Below, in pieces: positions 50,377 through 64,000 of a DNA stretch of 64,000 bases. The DNA comes from Chiloscyllium plagiosum (lineage: Eukaryota), in NCBI RefSeq assembly GCF_004010195.1, contig NC_057751.1, positions 389,248 through 453,247 of the forward strand, read 5' to 3'. Positions within the stretch are counted from its first letter, which is position 1, and every line of letters starts with the position of its first letter. The translations under genes and the position numbers were made by a program. The notes below the pieces were generated by a model. That model was not told the DNA's origin, did no database searches, and worked only from the letters and a program-made list of their open reading frames with translations.

Positions 50377-52475
50377 TCAGATGAAAATCATAACCCAACA
50401 CATACCAGCCAATTAGACAGCATTAAAGGCTTGCATTGATATAGCACCTTTAAGATCCTCAGGATGTTCCTCAGGGTTTTAGAAACAATGAAACACTTTT
50501 CAAAAGTGTTTTATTTGTAGAAAATATGGTACCAATTGATACACAGCAAGCTCCCACAAGATCAGTACTGTCCAACATAGATGTATAAATGTTCCTTTTA
50601 AATGATGATTTAGGGATAAAACGCTTATTAGACCACAGGGGAAAATTCAGCTAATCTCCTTCCAATGGTAATAAAAACTGGAAATCTAAAGCCATCACAG
50701 AAAATGCAGGTCTGGCAACATCTGTTGAGAGTAAATAGTTAACATTTCAAGTCCAGTCTGACTCTTCAGACCTGACCAAGGGTCACGTGGGACTCATTGT
50801 TAACTAGATTTCTCACCACAGATGGTGTGTCAAATTCTGCTGTACGATTCTTCTTTACATCCACCTGAAAAGGGGAGAAAGGACCTTGGTTTAATGTTTG
50901 ACCTGAATACTGGCAGCACAGACTGGTAATCTGGGTTGTATTCTGAAGTCTCTGGAATGGGCTTTAAACCCTCAGCCATCTGATTTTGATCTGAGCATCA
51001 TGTTTGCATTTTCATAGCAGGTGTACACCACCTGCAGAAAAATGGCCACATGGATGCAAGCCAAGCCCAATACTTGTCAACCTTGTCTCACAGGGTGACA
51101 TTCACAGCCCTGTTTCTGCTCCCATTGCCAAGTTGGCAACACAGGACTGAACTTTCCAAATTAACCACCAGTGCCACTCAGAAGGACAAGATCACCAGAT
51201 ATATGTGCCCACCAGCTTCAAGTTGCCCTCCAAGCCACTCACCATCCCGATTTGAGAATATATTGCTGTTCCTTCAGTGTCACAGACAAAATTCTGCAAT
51301 TCCCTAACAACATTGTGGTTGGACCTGCAGCACACAGATTGCAGCAGTTCAAGGTGGACACAAAATCCGAGCCAAGCTGAGAGCTGCTCTTGCAGTCTAG
51401 CCAGCAAATATCCTTGTACCTACATCACCCACATTGATTCTGGTCAACGTCACGGTGCTGTTTGTGTCAAAGTTAATTGCCATATAGGACAGCAAAAAGG
51501 TGGCTTTAAAATTTTATAGTATGATAAATTGCTTTGGAACATTCAGAGAATGTGAAAAGCAGTATGAGCATCCAAACATACACCAAATGGAGACAGACTG
51601 CCCTTTCCTAAATGAGATGAAACCTGACACATGCCCGCACATACCTACATATGCTGACAACAGAATGCCTAAGATTAGATAGAGAAAAACATTAACGATA
51701 ACAAAAGACAGATGGGAGTGGAGGTTTAAGTGAAAAATATAGTTGTTTCCTTCTCCAATAGTTATATTGAATGACCAGCAGCTGTTCCACAAGACACACT
51801 AAGGAAATCCATGAGCAGACATCACTGAAGGATAGCAGTAATTGGTTATTTTAAACACCATGAAAGAGTTAGTGTGCAAGTTGATTAGATCAGACACGCC
51901 TATGTTTGCTGATTTGTATGAAATCTTTCAGAAAAACATACAACTGCATTAAACGAATTGAAATTTTACATTTGCACCCAAGTCACCTTAACAAATCCAT
52001 ACTCCCCTTTGTCTTCAATTATCCTCATTCCCTATGCCCACACTTGACTGAATAAGTTATGTAAACATGCCACACTAATTCCAACTCCCTTCAACGCTGC
52101 ATCAACCATCTCATTGGCCCATAAAGATCCTTTCTGGAATTAACTCTGCTTTCTATGTTTCTCTGAAAGTTACTATTTAACTGCAGAAGTATATAAAAAT
52201 GTAAATTTCAAAATGGGCACACAGTGTATGTTTTTCACAACTGTATACAAGTTGCTTAACTAAATGCTGTGCGCTGTGGTACCCAAAATATTTTAAATCA
52301 ATTTCACTAAAATACTAATCGTGGTCTTCACTGTGTGCAAGATGACACAAAAACGAGAGCCACATGCGACCAAATAGAAAATCACATCCTCAAACTCCCA
52401 CCCTTCGCTTTGATCTGAAAAAACAAAACTTACTTCATGTGTTTTTCTATGCAGTGATCAGTCCCATTCACCTTA

Positions 52476-52586
<111 letters not shown>

Positions 52587-53111
52587 TCAAAACAGGGAAA
52601 CCATAATGAGATGAGAGAGCAACCAAGCTCACCTACACCCTATTAAACACTGTCAAGACAATGGGCATGTCTGCGCAGTGAAGAATGATCAGAGCCCAAC
52701 AAGGATTACAAGCAGTGTCCAAACTCAAGGGAGAGGAAACTTGCAGTTCTTCTTGCCCAGTTAGTTCATGAGTTGTCAGAGTAGGTCCCGAGTATAGCGG
52801 AGATAGAACAACTGAGGCCACACAAAAAGGACTTGAAGATTGCAGCCTTATTTTCCAGATATACTGACTTAGTTGGTTACAAGGAATGAACTGCTGGATT
52901 CACACCTGGCAATTTTGTCTTTGCAATAAATGGACTTGGACACAGCCTGAAATGGAACAACCTAGTCGGTTTCTCCCATGGTCGACAGCACAGGAGCACT
53001 GTTTTGACACAGAGTGCCCTTGATTAAACCTTTGCTTCAATACCAATGCTCTTTTTTACATATTTGAGCTTCATTTTCTGAAGTTGCACCTCTCACACCA
53101 TTCACTATTTT

Positions 53112-53283
53112 GATTAGATTAGATTAGATTCCCGACAGTGTGAAAACAGGCCCTTCGGCCCAACAACTCAACACCAACACACCCAGGGTTCCCCTACATT
53201 CACCCCTAACTAATGCACCTAACAAGACAGGCAATTTAGCATGGCCAATTCACCTGACCTGCACATCTTTGGATTGTGGGAGG
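53112..53283 (-). mobile_element. Truncated V-SINE (HE1-like) with (TCTAA)n tail
   Basis: Similar to 20260-20440. Confidence 0.8.
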
Positions 53284-53324
53284 ATTAGGCCTGACAGTAG
53301 CTGGACTAACAAGCCAAACACAGG

Positions 53325-53920
53325 TAGATGGGAGGTCATGTTGCAGCTGTACAGGACATTGGTTAGGCCACTGTTGGAATATTGCATGCAATCCTGGTCT
53401 CCTTCCTATCGGAAAGATGTTGTGAAACTTGAAACGGTTCAGAAAAGATTTACAAGGATGTTGCCAGGGTTGGAGGATCTGAGCTACAGGGAGAGGCTGA
53501 ACAGGCTGGGGCTGTTTTCCCTGGAGCGTCGGAGGCTGAAGGGTGACCTTATAGAAGTTTACAAAATTATGAGAGCCATGGATAGGATAAATAGGCAAAG
53601 TCTTTTCCCTGGGGTCGGGGAGTCCAGAACTAGAGGGCATAGGTTTAGAGTGAGAGGGGAAAGGTATAAAAGAGACCTAAGGGACAACGTTTTCACGCAG
53701 AGGGTGGTACGTGTATGGAATGAGCTGCCAGAGGATGTGGTGAAGGCTGGTACAATTGCAACATTTAAGAGGCATTTGGATGGGTATATGAATAGGAAGG
53801 GTTTGGCGGGATATGGGCCGGGTGCTGGCAGGTGGGAATAGATTGGGTTGGGATATCTGGTCGGCATGGGCGGGTTGGACCGAAGGGTCTGTTTCCATGC
53901 TGTACATCTCTATGACTCTA
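53325..53920 (+). mobile_element. Young 5'-truncated CR1 LINE (HER1-like)
   Basis: Open frame LYRTLVRPLLEYCMQSWSPSYRKDVVKLETVQKRFTRMLPG...FTQRVVRVWNELP...GPGAGRWE, then CR1 tail ending CTCTATGACTCT. Confidence 0.92.
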
Positions 53921-54289
53921 CAACAATCCTTTAACCAAAATCCAAAAAGCTCCAAAATTTGAATTTTTTTTGTGAAGTTTTTATCTCATTAACAAGGTTA
54001 TTTGACGTGCCAAACGTTAAGCCAACTCCACAACCATTCAATGCATACCACTCAGATGTGACTTGACTGGGGTGGGGGGCAGCACTAGCAGTCCTCAATT
54101 CTATCCCAGGGCCAGTTACTTACAGTGAGTCTGTTCAGTAAGATCTTTTAAAATTTCACTGTTGAACTATCACTTATTCCGAAATACAAAAAATTCCAAA
54201 TTCTGAAAACCAACTGGTGCCGAGCTTGAATAAAGGATTTTGTACCTGTACTTGCACTGAGGGCAGTAGTGACATAAAATCTCCAACCA

Positions 54290-55390
54290 TTCACCAGATG
54301 TGAAGATAGCCTGGGGCTAACAGAGCTTGAAATACCCAACAATCAGTTTGGATAAGAGCTCATCATGCTGCCAGGAATATATTGGCATGGACAGAAGATT
54401 TGCTAATGGAAGACAGACAGTTCGGATAAGAAGGGCATGTGTAGGATGGCAACCTGTGTCTAGTGCAGTGCCACGGGGTCAGTGCTGCTGCCACAATTAC
54501 TGACAACATAAAGTAATGACTTTGATAAGGAAAATAAATATACTGTAGCCAGTTGGCAACAACAGGTGGGAAGGCAAATGAGGAGGAGGACACAGATAAA
54601 CTCGGTATTCAAAAACATGACAGAAGGAATAATGTAGGAAAATGGGAGGTCATGCAATTGGCAGAAATAATAACAAAGATGATTAGTATTTAAATGGATA
54701 AAGACTGCACAGGGATTTGAGAGCCCTCGTGTATAAATCACAAAAACATCCAAGTTCAGCAGGTAATAGGATAGGCAAATGACATGCTGGCCTTCAGTTT
54801 GGGGTGTATACAAAATTGGGAGATTTTACTTCAGCTACACAAAGCACTAGTCAGATCACAACAGAAGGACAGAACTGTTTTGACCCCTTTACCTATGAAA
54901 AGATGTGGCATCGGAAGCAGCTCAACGAAGGTTCATTCTGCTGACCTGGAGCATGGAAGGATTGTCTTATGAGGAGAGGGTGCGTAGTAATGGGCTTGTA
55001 CTTGAGTTGAGAAGTATGAGAGGTGTCCTTATTGCAATGTACAAAATTCCGAAGGGAATTGAGGTACATGCAGAAAGGTTCATGTGTAGTATTTGGCGGA
55101 TGTAGTACCAGAGGGGATAATCTCAGAATAAGGGGCCACTTGTACAAGACAAAGATGAGGAGGAATTTCTTTTCTCCAGGTTTGTGAATTTGTGATTTTT
55201 AAAAAATAAGTTAAAAAAACCACAGAGGTTGGGTTATTAACAAGACTTAATGTCAACATAAAGAGATTTTTAGTAAGCGAGGGAATCAGGGTTATGGACA
55301 AAAGCCATGAAAATTCATTTGAGAATGACTGGATCAGCATGGATCTCATTGACTTAATGGGCTGAATCACCTACTTCTGCTCCTATATCA
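54290..55390 (+). mobile_element. Older CR1 LINE remnant
   Basis: ORF 54784..54972 (ILLQLHKALVRS) and degenerate 3' tail GGGCTGAATCACCTACTTCTGCTCCTAT. Confidence 0.7.
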
Positions 55391-55400
55391 TCTGCTCTCA

Positions 55401-55766
<366 letters not shown>

Positions 55767-55909
55767 TCAGACACTTCAAACAAGGACCACACTCTGCTTA
55801 ATTAATTCCCAGCTGAACACGAGGGAGGAGACAAAATAGAAAAGGAAACAAAAAAGGGCAACTGTAGACTGGAACTGAAACAACAACACTGAACCGGCAA
55901 GAACAAATT

Positions 55910-57060
55910 ACTGGAAATGTTGGAATCTGTACAAAAATCAAAAAATTGCTTGAGATCACAACAGGTTAAACAATTCCATGGAGAGAGGGCAAGCTAGCAT
56001 TTTAAGTCTCGGTGACTCTTCATCAGAGCTGAAGTGAACTGTGGAGGGACAGCATTTATGCGATAGTTTTGGAGGGGTGGGGGTAGAGGGTGTCATGTGG
56101 CGATGGAGCAAAGATGTTGATAGTTCAGATTAAGTGATCATAATGCGAGAATGGCAGAACAATGGTGAGTCTCCTGTCAGATCTGAAGGGACACTAAGTG
56201 AAATAGAACATGGAACAATACAGCACAGATCAGGTCCTTCGGCCCTCAATATTGCGCCAACCTGTGAACTATTCTCAACACGAAATGGTGGAGTGGCGGG
56301 AGAGGCCATTATAACAACCTAAAAGAAAGCGAAGAAATGTGAGTTACCTTAAAAGGTGTTAAAACTCAATATTAAGCCCAGAAGGCTGTAAAGTGCTTGG
56401 TCTGAATATGAGATTTTGTTCCTCCAGTTTGCAGTGTGATTGATCAAAGCACTGCAGTATGCCAAGGTCAAACAAAGTGGGCACGTGAGCAGGCTCTGTG
56501 TTAAAACAACCAGCTATGAGAAGGTCAGGGTCATGCTGGTGCTCAGATTGGATGTGTTCTGCAAAGCAGTCACCCAGTCTGTGTCTGGTTTCTCCAATGC
56601 AGAGTAGGTCACAATGGGTGCAGTGAACACAATACACAAGATTGGAGGTGGCACAGGTGAAATGTTGGTTCACCTGGAAGGACTGTTCAGGCCCTTGGAT
56701 GAAGGAAACATAGCTGTTGAAGCAAATTTTGTCAAATATCTTGTCACAAGACCAGCAGTGACATGGAGAGCAACAAACGGTGAAATAGACAATCAAAATT
56801 CCTGTTCGAGGGAAGAGCAAAACTCCTTCAGTATAAGGGATTCCTCGAAGAGATGTGACAGTGGATTAAACAAAATGGAGGAACACAGCTGCAGATGCTG
56901 GCAAGTGTTGAAGATCACTGCAGGTGAGACAATATCCATGGAAACACAGCAAGCTCATTCTGAGCGTAGATAACACTTCAAAGCTGAAGTGAAGGATGGA
57001 AAGGAGAGCATTTATGGTACAGTTTGGGATGGGAGTGGGGGGGGGGGTTGATGGTGGTGG
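55910..57060 (-). mobile_element. Degenerate Penelope-like element (family D): GIY-YIG fragment between two direct terminal repeats
   Basis: ORF 56359..56820 (FTCATSNLVYCVHCTHCDLLCIGETRHRLGDCFAEH); repeats ~55945-56090 and ~56905-57060; minus-strand CUGAUGA at 56026-56020. Confidence 0.7.
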
Positions 57061-57452
57061 TGGAACCTCCCCTTACCCAACACTAAACACCAGGGCTTTT
57101 CAAAGATACGGGTCTTTCAGAATGACATCCTTAATGGGAGGAACAGAGACAGAGAGTGGGAGTGTGGGGGGACGCGGACAGAAGTGGGTTGGGGAGTCAG
57201 AGAGAGAGAGCGATCGATCGATGAAATTACCGGGGTCGGTGGGGGTGCAGACAGATGCAAGATAGAGAAATCTGTCGTTTCTGACACTTCAGTCACTATG
57301 TTTACCGACAGAGCTGTCCATTGTTAGAGAAAATGAAAAGAAAAGAAGTGCTGTCTATGAATCTGGGCAAGGAGTTGAGGATATAAATTACAATCAAGTC
57401 TCTAAATGGGACCAGCTGGTTACCATACCTACTGCATGCAACCTTCATGTTA

Positions 57453-57665
<213 letters not shown>

Positions 57666-57749
57666 TCAATTCAATTCGATGCTATTTGTGACGAGTGATT
57701 TATTCTGCTGTAATCTCAATGCAGCAATTTCCAGTGGTGTTCAGAAGTG

Positions 57750-58495
57750 GTCTGAAAGCTCCGATTTTCCTCCTGCTACCTATTGATGCCTAAAGGATGC
57801 ACCCTCAAGCCAAAGTGTGAATTCAAATGGCTGATCGGGATTAACAAGTGGGCTGAAAAACATACCCCTTACCTGGATTGGTAACTTCACCCAGCAACAA
57901 CTTAGGTGACAAGATCCAGCATAGACTTCGAATCTCTGGAGATGATTCACCAGCGCTGCCTTCTCAAAACTTTATAATTCCCATGACAAGATGGATGTGT
58001 CAACGTGAGCATCCTCTCCCAGGCCAACGTCAAGCCATCAGTCAGGCACAACCAGCTACCATGGGCAGAACACATCATTTCTCAGACCTGACAAGACTCC
58101 CAAAACAAATACTCCATTCTGAGCTCCCCAACAGTATGCCATCATTAAGGAGGGCAACAGAAATGTTACAATGACACTTTGAAAGCTACCTTGCACAATA
58201 CAATATATTCTTGAATAAGTTTGAATCGCTTGCCTCAGAGCATACAAACTGGAGCAGCATCTGCAAAAGTGCTAACTAGTTCCAGAACTGAGTGGAGCTT
58301 GTGGAGACCAAGTGCAACCAGCAGAAAGAGCACACAGAATTCAGAGTCCCAACCACCCACCATCTCAAACACCACCTGGCCCTTCTGTGGCAGAGTCTGA
58401 GGTTGGACCATTCAGCCACTACTGAATTACTCTTCCCTACCCTGCTGCAGTGAAAGCAAGCCACCCTTGACCCTGAGGGATTGCCCAAGGAGGCA
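57750..58495 (+). mobile_element. Degenerate RTE-clade LINE remnant
   Basis: ORF 57878..58174 contains RLPKQILHSEL, resembling RTE ORF2 C-terminal motifs; heavily decayed. Confidence 0.5.
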
Positions 58496-61137
58496 GTGAC
58501 ACAGTGCCTTTATGTCGTCTAACTGCAAAACAGTATCAGGATTGCGTGCAGGCTTTTGCCCAGGACTCCTTCGCACCTGCATCTTTTCTTTGTTTTCACT
58601 TTCGTTTTATGTCTACTCTCTCTTTTCTTGGGTTCTTAACTTTATTTGGAGGTGGTTCGTCAACAAGATCGTCTGTGTGCGGAATGGCAGCTTCTCCCTG
58701 CAATCAAAAGCAGCAACGGACACTGCTCCGCGTGGCCTCGTGGCAACTGGAGTCAGTGGTGGCAGCAGGGATGCCCTCCCAGGATTCAGGGCTGGGGGGG
58801 GGGGAGCGGCATCAAAGCTCCTCTAGCAATGGAGGGAGCAGCTGATTTCTCCAGATGGTGTCACCAGCAACATGACAATTTGGAACAGAGCGCAATCTTG
58901 GCAGGATAGTAGCAGAGGCCTGGTGCGACAGCGGAGCGAGGGACTCCTTGTTGCAGTAGGCCTGGAGCCGTGACTCCTGGCGTTGATGAGGCTGCAGCAT
59001 GGGGTGCTGGAGCTGGGGACTCCTGGTTGCAGGAAGAGCATGGGTTCAGCACCAACATCAGCATTGTAGGGCACATTGGCAAATAGATAGCACCAAAAGA
59101 ATGCCAACTCTTATGTTGGTGGGTCTGGTGCAGGCAGTGGAGGAGGGTGGCAGCACAGATAATCAGTGAGTGGGCTCAGGGTTTAGTTTCACTAAAATCT
59201 TTGATAGTTTTTGTTCTTCACCAATTCAAGATGGTACAAGCTTGTGGCAACTGTTAACACTTCACTGAATTAACTGTAAAATTCAAGTGACAATAAATTG
59301 TTAAAAGACTGAACAACTGATTAAGAAAAGGTATTCAGTGAATGTTAGAGAGGTATTCTTGTTCATATTACACTACACAAACTGGAGCTCAGAATCCACA
59401 GACTCGCCAGTACGAGCAGAACACTGCAGTGTTAGAAGTTCTTCTTTCTAATAAGAAGACATTCAATTAGACTTCAAACTGCTGTCCCTCAGGTGGAAAC
59501 CTAACTTACAATGGCAGCATATCACTCAGCAAGGGAGGTTTCACAGGTAGCTTTACCAGTTCTTATTTGACAATAGGGTAAGGGAATGTGTCTGGGTGGG
59601 TTACTCTTCAGAGGGTCAGTGAGGACTTGTTGGGTCAAATGGCCTGTTCCCACACTGTAGGGATTCCATGATTCTATTGACACATTCTCGTCAAGTTGCT
59701 GCTCATGAAGACCAGCAAACAGCTTTTTGGAACAACAATTGTGACATCACTGCACCAAACTGGCTGTAACACTTTGCGATGGCCTTAAGTTAATGACAAG
59801 TACAAAAATGTACATCTGTAATTCTGATACCAACAGCAAAATAAAACAAACTGCCAGAAGCTTGTACAGAAATGAGGACAGGGACCCAAATCGTGATGAA
59901 AAGCATTTACCTTAAGGCTTAAACCAAATGCGTGCATTATCCATTGTGTGTATGAAATGCAGCAGGATTTTGACACTTGCCAGTTCAGATAGTGACTGCG
60001 AGCAAGATACTGACTTTGCGTTTCTCAGATATGCCACTCTCTGACAACATCCTGCATTACCTGGACTGCAATGTGCCAGGAAGTTGCTTCAAAAGGGCAA
60101 TTATTTGCTCAATTGCTCAAACTGGTGAATGAATGAAACAAACCATCAAGCCTCTGAGGGGAATATAGGCTAAATGCAGGAAAATGAGACTAGTTTAGTT
60201 TGGGAAACATATCAGCGTGGATGAGCTAAACTGAAGGGTCTTTCTGTTCTAGATGACTCAATTAATAAATAAATAAGTTGAGAAATCCAGGTGCACTATC
60301 TTAAGCCAGAGGGTAACAAGCATGCGGAACTTGCTACAATTCTAGTTGGTGCAGCGATATGTTGAAGGGGAAGACAGCCAAGTATGGGGGAAGGAAGGAA
60401 CATATGATTCTGTCAACAGGGTTTATTCAAGTCAGGTGGTTTGTGTGAAATAGAAACTAAGTGGCCAATTCCTGTGCTGTAAATATTCTATAATCAAGCA
60501 CGGTTTGGAGATAGATAAGTAGTCACAGAAACCACAAATCTTCAAAATCCCCATGTGTTCTAGTTGGTTTTAGTGTACAGCTCCCACTAAGAATCCATCG
60601 AACAGATTCACAGTATCATTGGGCAAATATCACTCATCACAGATGTTCAAGGATATAGAGGAATACAGGATATTAAGCGCACAGAACTGGCCTGACCAAA
60701 GTGATCAGTATTAGCTCAGACACCAATCCATGAATTTCACAAGGAAACAAAAACTGGCACTCTCTCAGCTTGTAGTGCAACAGAGGTGCCCTTATGAACT
60801 TGGAATGTTTACATATGCTGTGCTTTGACCTTATCGTGCAGCTTCCTCAGCATGGATGCAAATCTGATTCTTAACAATCAAAGAAAAATCCAGTGGGCTA
60901 TAACGTTGGCAGGCAGGAATTAGAAAACAAGTTTGACCTGATCAGCACAAAACCCTTATGTGATCTATTAACGTGGATAAGGAAAGCTGCGTATACGAGG
61001 AGGACTTGGTTTATTTACCTATAAAAGTTGCACTTTACATTGTACAAAAGTAAAATGCCCCAATCCCCAATATACTTCATGAGAACACAATTAAATGAAG
61101 CTGAGACAATGAGCCAAAGATGAGCTTGGGGTTCCAT

Positions 61138-61338
61138 AAAAGCATAGCAGATCAGGCAGCATCCAAGAAGCAGGAGAATTGACGTTTCGGGCACAAGTTC
61201 TTCATCAGTTTCCTGATGAAGGGCTTATGCCTGAAACTTCGATTCTCCTCCTCCTCAGATGCTGCCTAATCTGTTGTGCTTTTCCAGCACCACACATTCA
61301 ACTCTCATCTCCAGCATCTGCAATCCTCACTTTCTCCT
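61138..61338. mobile_element. Family A fold-back element with back-to-back hammerhead cores
   Basis: Minus core CTGATGAAGAACTTGTGCCCGAAACGTC (61208-61181) and plus core CTGATGAAGGGCTTATGCCTGAAACTTC (61213-61240). Confidence 0.8.
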
Positions 61339-61385
61339 AATGAGTGAAAGATGCAAGTCAAGTCACAACAATTTGGTGAGTCAAT

Positions 61386-61470
61386 AAAATGTGGAGCTGG
61401 AAAGGCACAGCAGGTCAGACAGCATGGAAACAGGAAAGTCAATATTTCAGGACAGGACCCGTCATCAGAA
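61386..61470 (-). mobile_element. Older related short element with hammerhead-like core
   Basis: Minus strand CTGATGACGGGTCCTGTCCTGAAATATTGACTTTCCTG...GCTGTCTGACCTGCTGTGCCTTTCCAGC. Confidence 0.6.
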
Positions 61471-61919
61471 TTGATGACAATTTGGCAACTTAGTCTTAAT
61501 TAGATCCTTCATAGTAAAAAAAAAATTCAAGACGCAGGAAAGTTAAAGGAGGAAACAGAGCCCAGTCAAGTGAACGCCAGGAAGAGAACTGAAAATGAAG
61601 AGCTGTGAAGAGCTCAGAGTTGGAAGAGCAGAGAGATTTTCAAAGTTTATAGACTTGTAAGAAGTTACAGTGGTTGGTGAGGCATTGGGTAGGTTAACAT
61701 TAGATTAATTACTGCCCAAACATTTCAGTCTCAATGAAAAGATGGCTTCAACAGCATAACAAAAGCAAAGTAAGGAAGATGCTGCACATCTGAAATACAA
61801 AGTCAAATGGAAATTCTCAACTGGTCACGCAGCAACTGTGATGAAACAGAAAGGTTTAAAGCTTCAAACACTAACATGATCAAAATGACGACAGATTGGG
61901 AAAGGGGGAGGTGAAACGA

Positions 61920-62610
61920 GACTCTGCTGTCACTTGTACATCCAGCCAATGAAACTAAGTACGCAAGTGCAGCAGGCAATCAAGAAAGAAAATGCCATTT
62001 AGCCTTTACAATGAAAAGATTTGAGTACATTAGCAAGGATGACTTGTTGCAATTATTCAGGGCCTTGGTGAGACCACACACGCAATATTATGAACAGTCT
62101 GGTATCCTTATTTGAGCATGTTCTGGCGGAAGAGGGAGTGCAATAAAGTTTCACCAGACTGAATCCTGGGGTGGCAGGACAAATGAATGAAGACAGACTG
62201 GATTGATTTGGACTACGTTCACTGGAGTTTATAAGAATGAAAGGGAACCTCATCTCAAACTAAAATTCTCACAGGACTGGACAAGTTAAGCACTGAAAGC
62301 ACATTCCTGGTGATAAGGGAGCCTAAAACCAGAGGACACAGTCAAAGGATACAGAGAAGGCCATTTCGTACTGAGCTGAGGAGCAATGTCTTCACCCAAA
62401 GAATAATTTGCTGCCACAGAAAGTACGTGAATCTGAAACACAATGTTTTCGAGAAGGGATTACATACAGTTCCTTGGGCTAAAAGGATGAAAGGATGCGG
62501 GACAAATGTAAGAACAGAGTTGAGCTGGATGATCAGCCAAGATCATATTGAATAGTAAAGCAGGCTCAAATGGGTGAATGGTCTACAGGCTCCTATTTTC
62601 TGTGTCTTGA
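61920..62610 (+). mobile_element. Older CR1 LINE 3' remnant
   Basis: GGGCCTTGGTGAGACCACAC..; ORF 62310..62555 (KTRGHSQRIQRRPFRTELRSNVFTQR). Confidence 0.75.
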
Positions 62611-63379
62611 TGTAACTCTGCTCCACTTCACACGAGCTGTCGTCTGAACATTTCCACTTGAGTATTGTTTCATATGTCAAATTACCATCTCCTTCAGGCA
62701 AACCTACCAGTAGCTCGAATGCATGTCTTAAGATTTTGACCTTCACAGTTTCATTTATCAGAGAACATGAAAGTGCAGGTGAGACAGAGCGCAAGGCCAT
62801 CATTTTCATTATTTGCTTGCCTGAACAATAGCAAGTTGAAACTTGCTTTGCACATGTTTGCATGCTTTGATCATGCTACAAAATTTAAAGCAGATTTTCC
62901 TGTATTGTGGGTTACAGGGAGCTATCTGAACAGTCCACTGACATAGAACTGGTCACAGTGCAGCTCTGATCCCTGAAATGCATAATGGTATTTGACTGAT
63001 TCACAGTGGCATATTTGTGCAATATCTCCTCACCACCTTCCCAGATAAAGGTGCAAGCTCCAGTGATACAGTAACAGCAAAACAATCAGAGCATCAGAAA
63101 CATGTTGCTCACCCAATTCCCAGTTCACAAGTTTGCAGGTCTACAAACAACGCAAGTGGTCAGATACTTTGAGGTAAAGCCCTGCTGAGGCCTTGCAGCC
63201 TCTAATACCTATTGGGTGAGATCAGTGACCTTGGGCTCTTCTTTACTGATGGCAGAGACAGCGAATGGGCAGCGTTTTAAGTGATACACTTGGAGGAACA
63301 GAACAATCCCTTGGCAAAAAATATTGTTTAAAGCAATCACAGTAAAACATTTCAAGTAACACCAAGCAGCACAGACTTA

Positions 63380-63523
<144 letters not shown>

Positions 63524-63927
63524 TCATCTGGGCAAAGCTGAGAGTTGTACATTACACCAGAATAGTTAGAAATCATTAGTGAATAGAGAATACCGACCCA
63601 GCGCAAGAATATAGTACTACTTTGTAGTTTTAAGAAGAATCATTTAGACTCCCAAGCCTGTTAAATTTCTGAGTAAGATCACGGCTTATGTGGAACCCAA
63701 ATACGTAGATTCACCTTTGTCCCATGGCTCTTGATACCTTTTATTAGCTAAAAATGTACCATGTGTTTGCAAATGAACCATTGTTTGCACACCAATTCCT
63801 GTTTATACAACCAATTCCAAAATCACCCTATGTTTGCAGATAGATGTCTTACATCTGAAAGGTTCAATTTACCTTTAATTCAAGAAAATAATGCGGGTGC
63901 TAGAAATTGTAGAGAAAGACAGAAAAT

Positions 63928-64000
63928 GGGGACGGCACAGTGGCTCAGCAGTAAGCACTGTTGCCTCACAGCACCATGGACCTGGGTTGATTCCACCCTC
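63928..64000 (+). mobile_element. 5' tRNA-like head of a V-SINE, cut by window end
   Basis: GGCACAGTGGCTCAGCAGTAAGCACTGTTGCCTCACAGC...GGGTTGATTCC. Confidence 0.7.

Noticed and set aside
53140..53841. 233-aa ORF as a gene
   Set aside because: Chimeric read-through from an antisense SINE into a 5'-truncated CR1 ORF2 end

Overview
Vertebrate genomic DNA, almost certainly an elasmobranch (shark), judged from abundant HE1/V-SINE-type SINEs and CR1 (HER1-like) LINE fragments. Two protein-coding genes lie on the minus strand in the same tandem order as in mammals. The first is the last five coding exons of piwil2 (63469->50188; PIWI domain with an intact D-E-D-H tetrad). The second is a complete slc39a14/ZIP14 coding sequence (27822->9494; 1449 nt, 482 aa) with both 170-nt mutually exclusive exon 4 variants, a candidate CpG-rich promoter near 36.1-36.3 kb and a ~3.3 kb 3'UTR. 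The rest is TE-rich (CR1, RTE, SINEs, Penelope-like elements, dispersed minisatellites). The most striking unannotated signal is about a dozen minimal hammerhead-ribozyme motifs (CUGANGA-stem II-GAAA-palindromic stem III) from at least four sequence families. They are carried by Penelope-like fragments and by very short, often fold-back, non-autonomous derivatives, some with 13-16 bp target-site duplications. Exon coordinates were read from GT-AG boundaries by eye; repeat boundaries are approximate.
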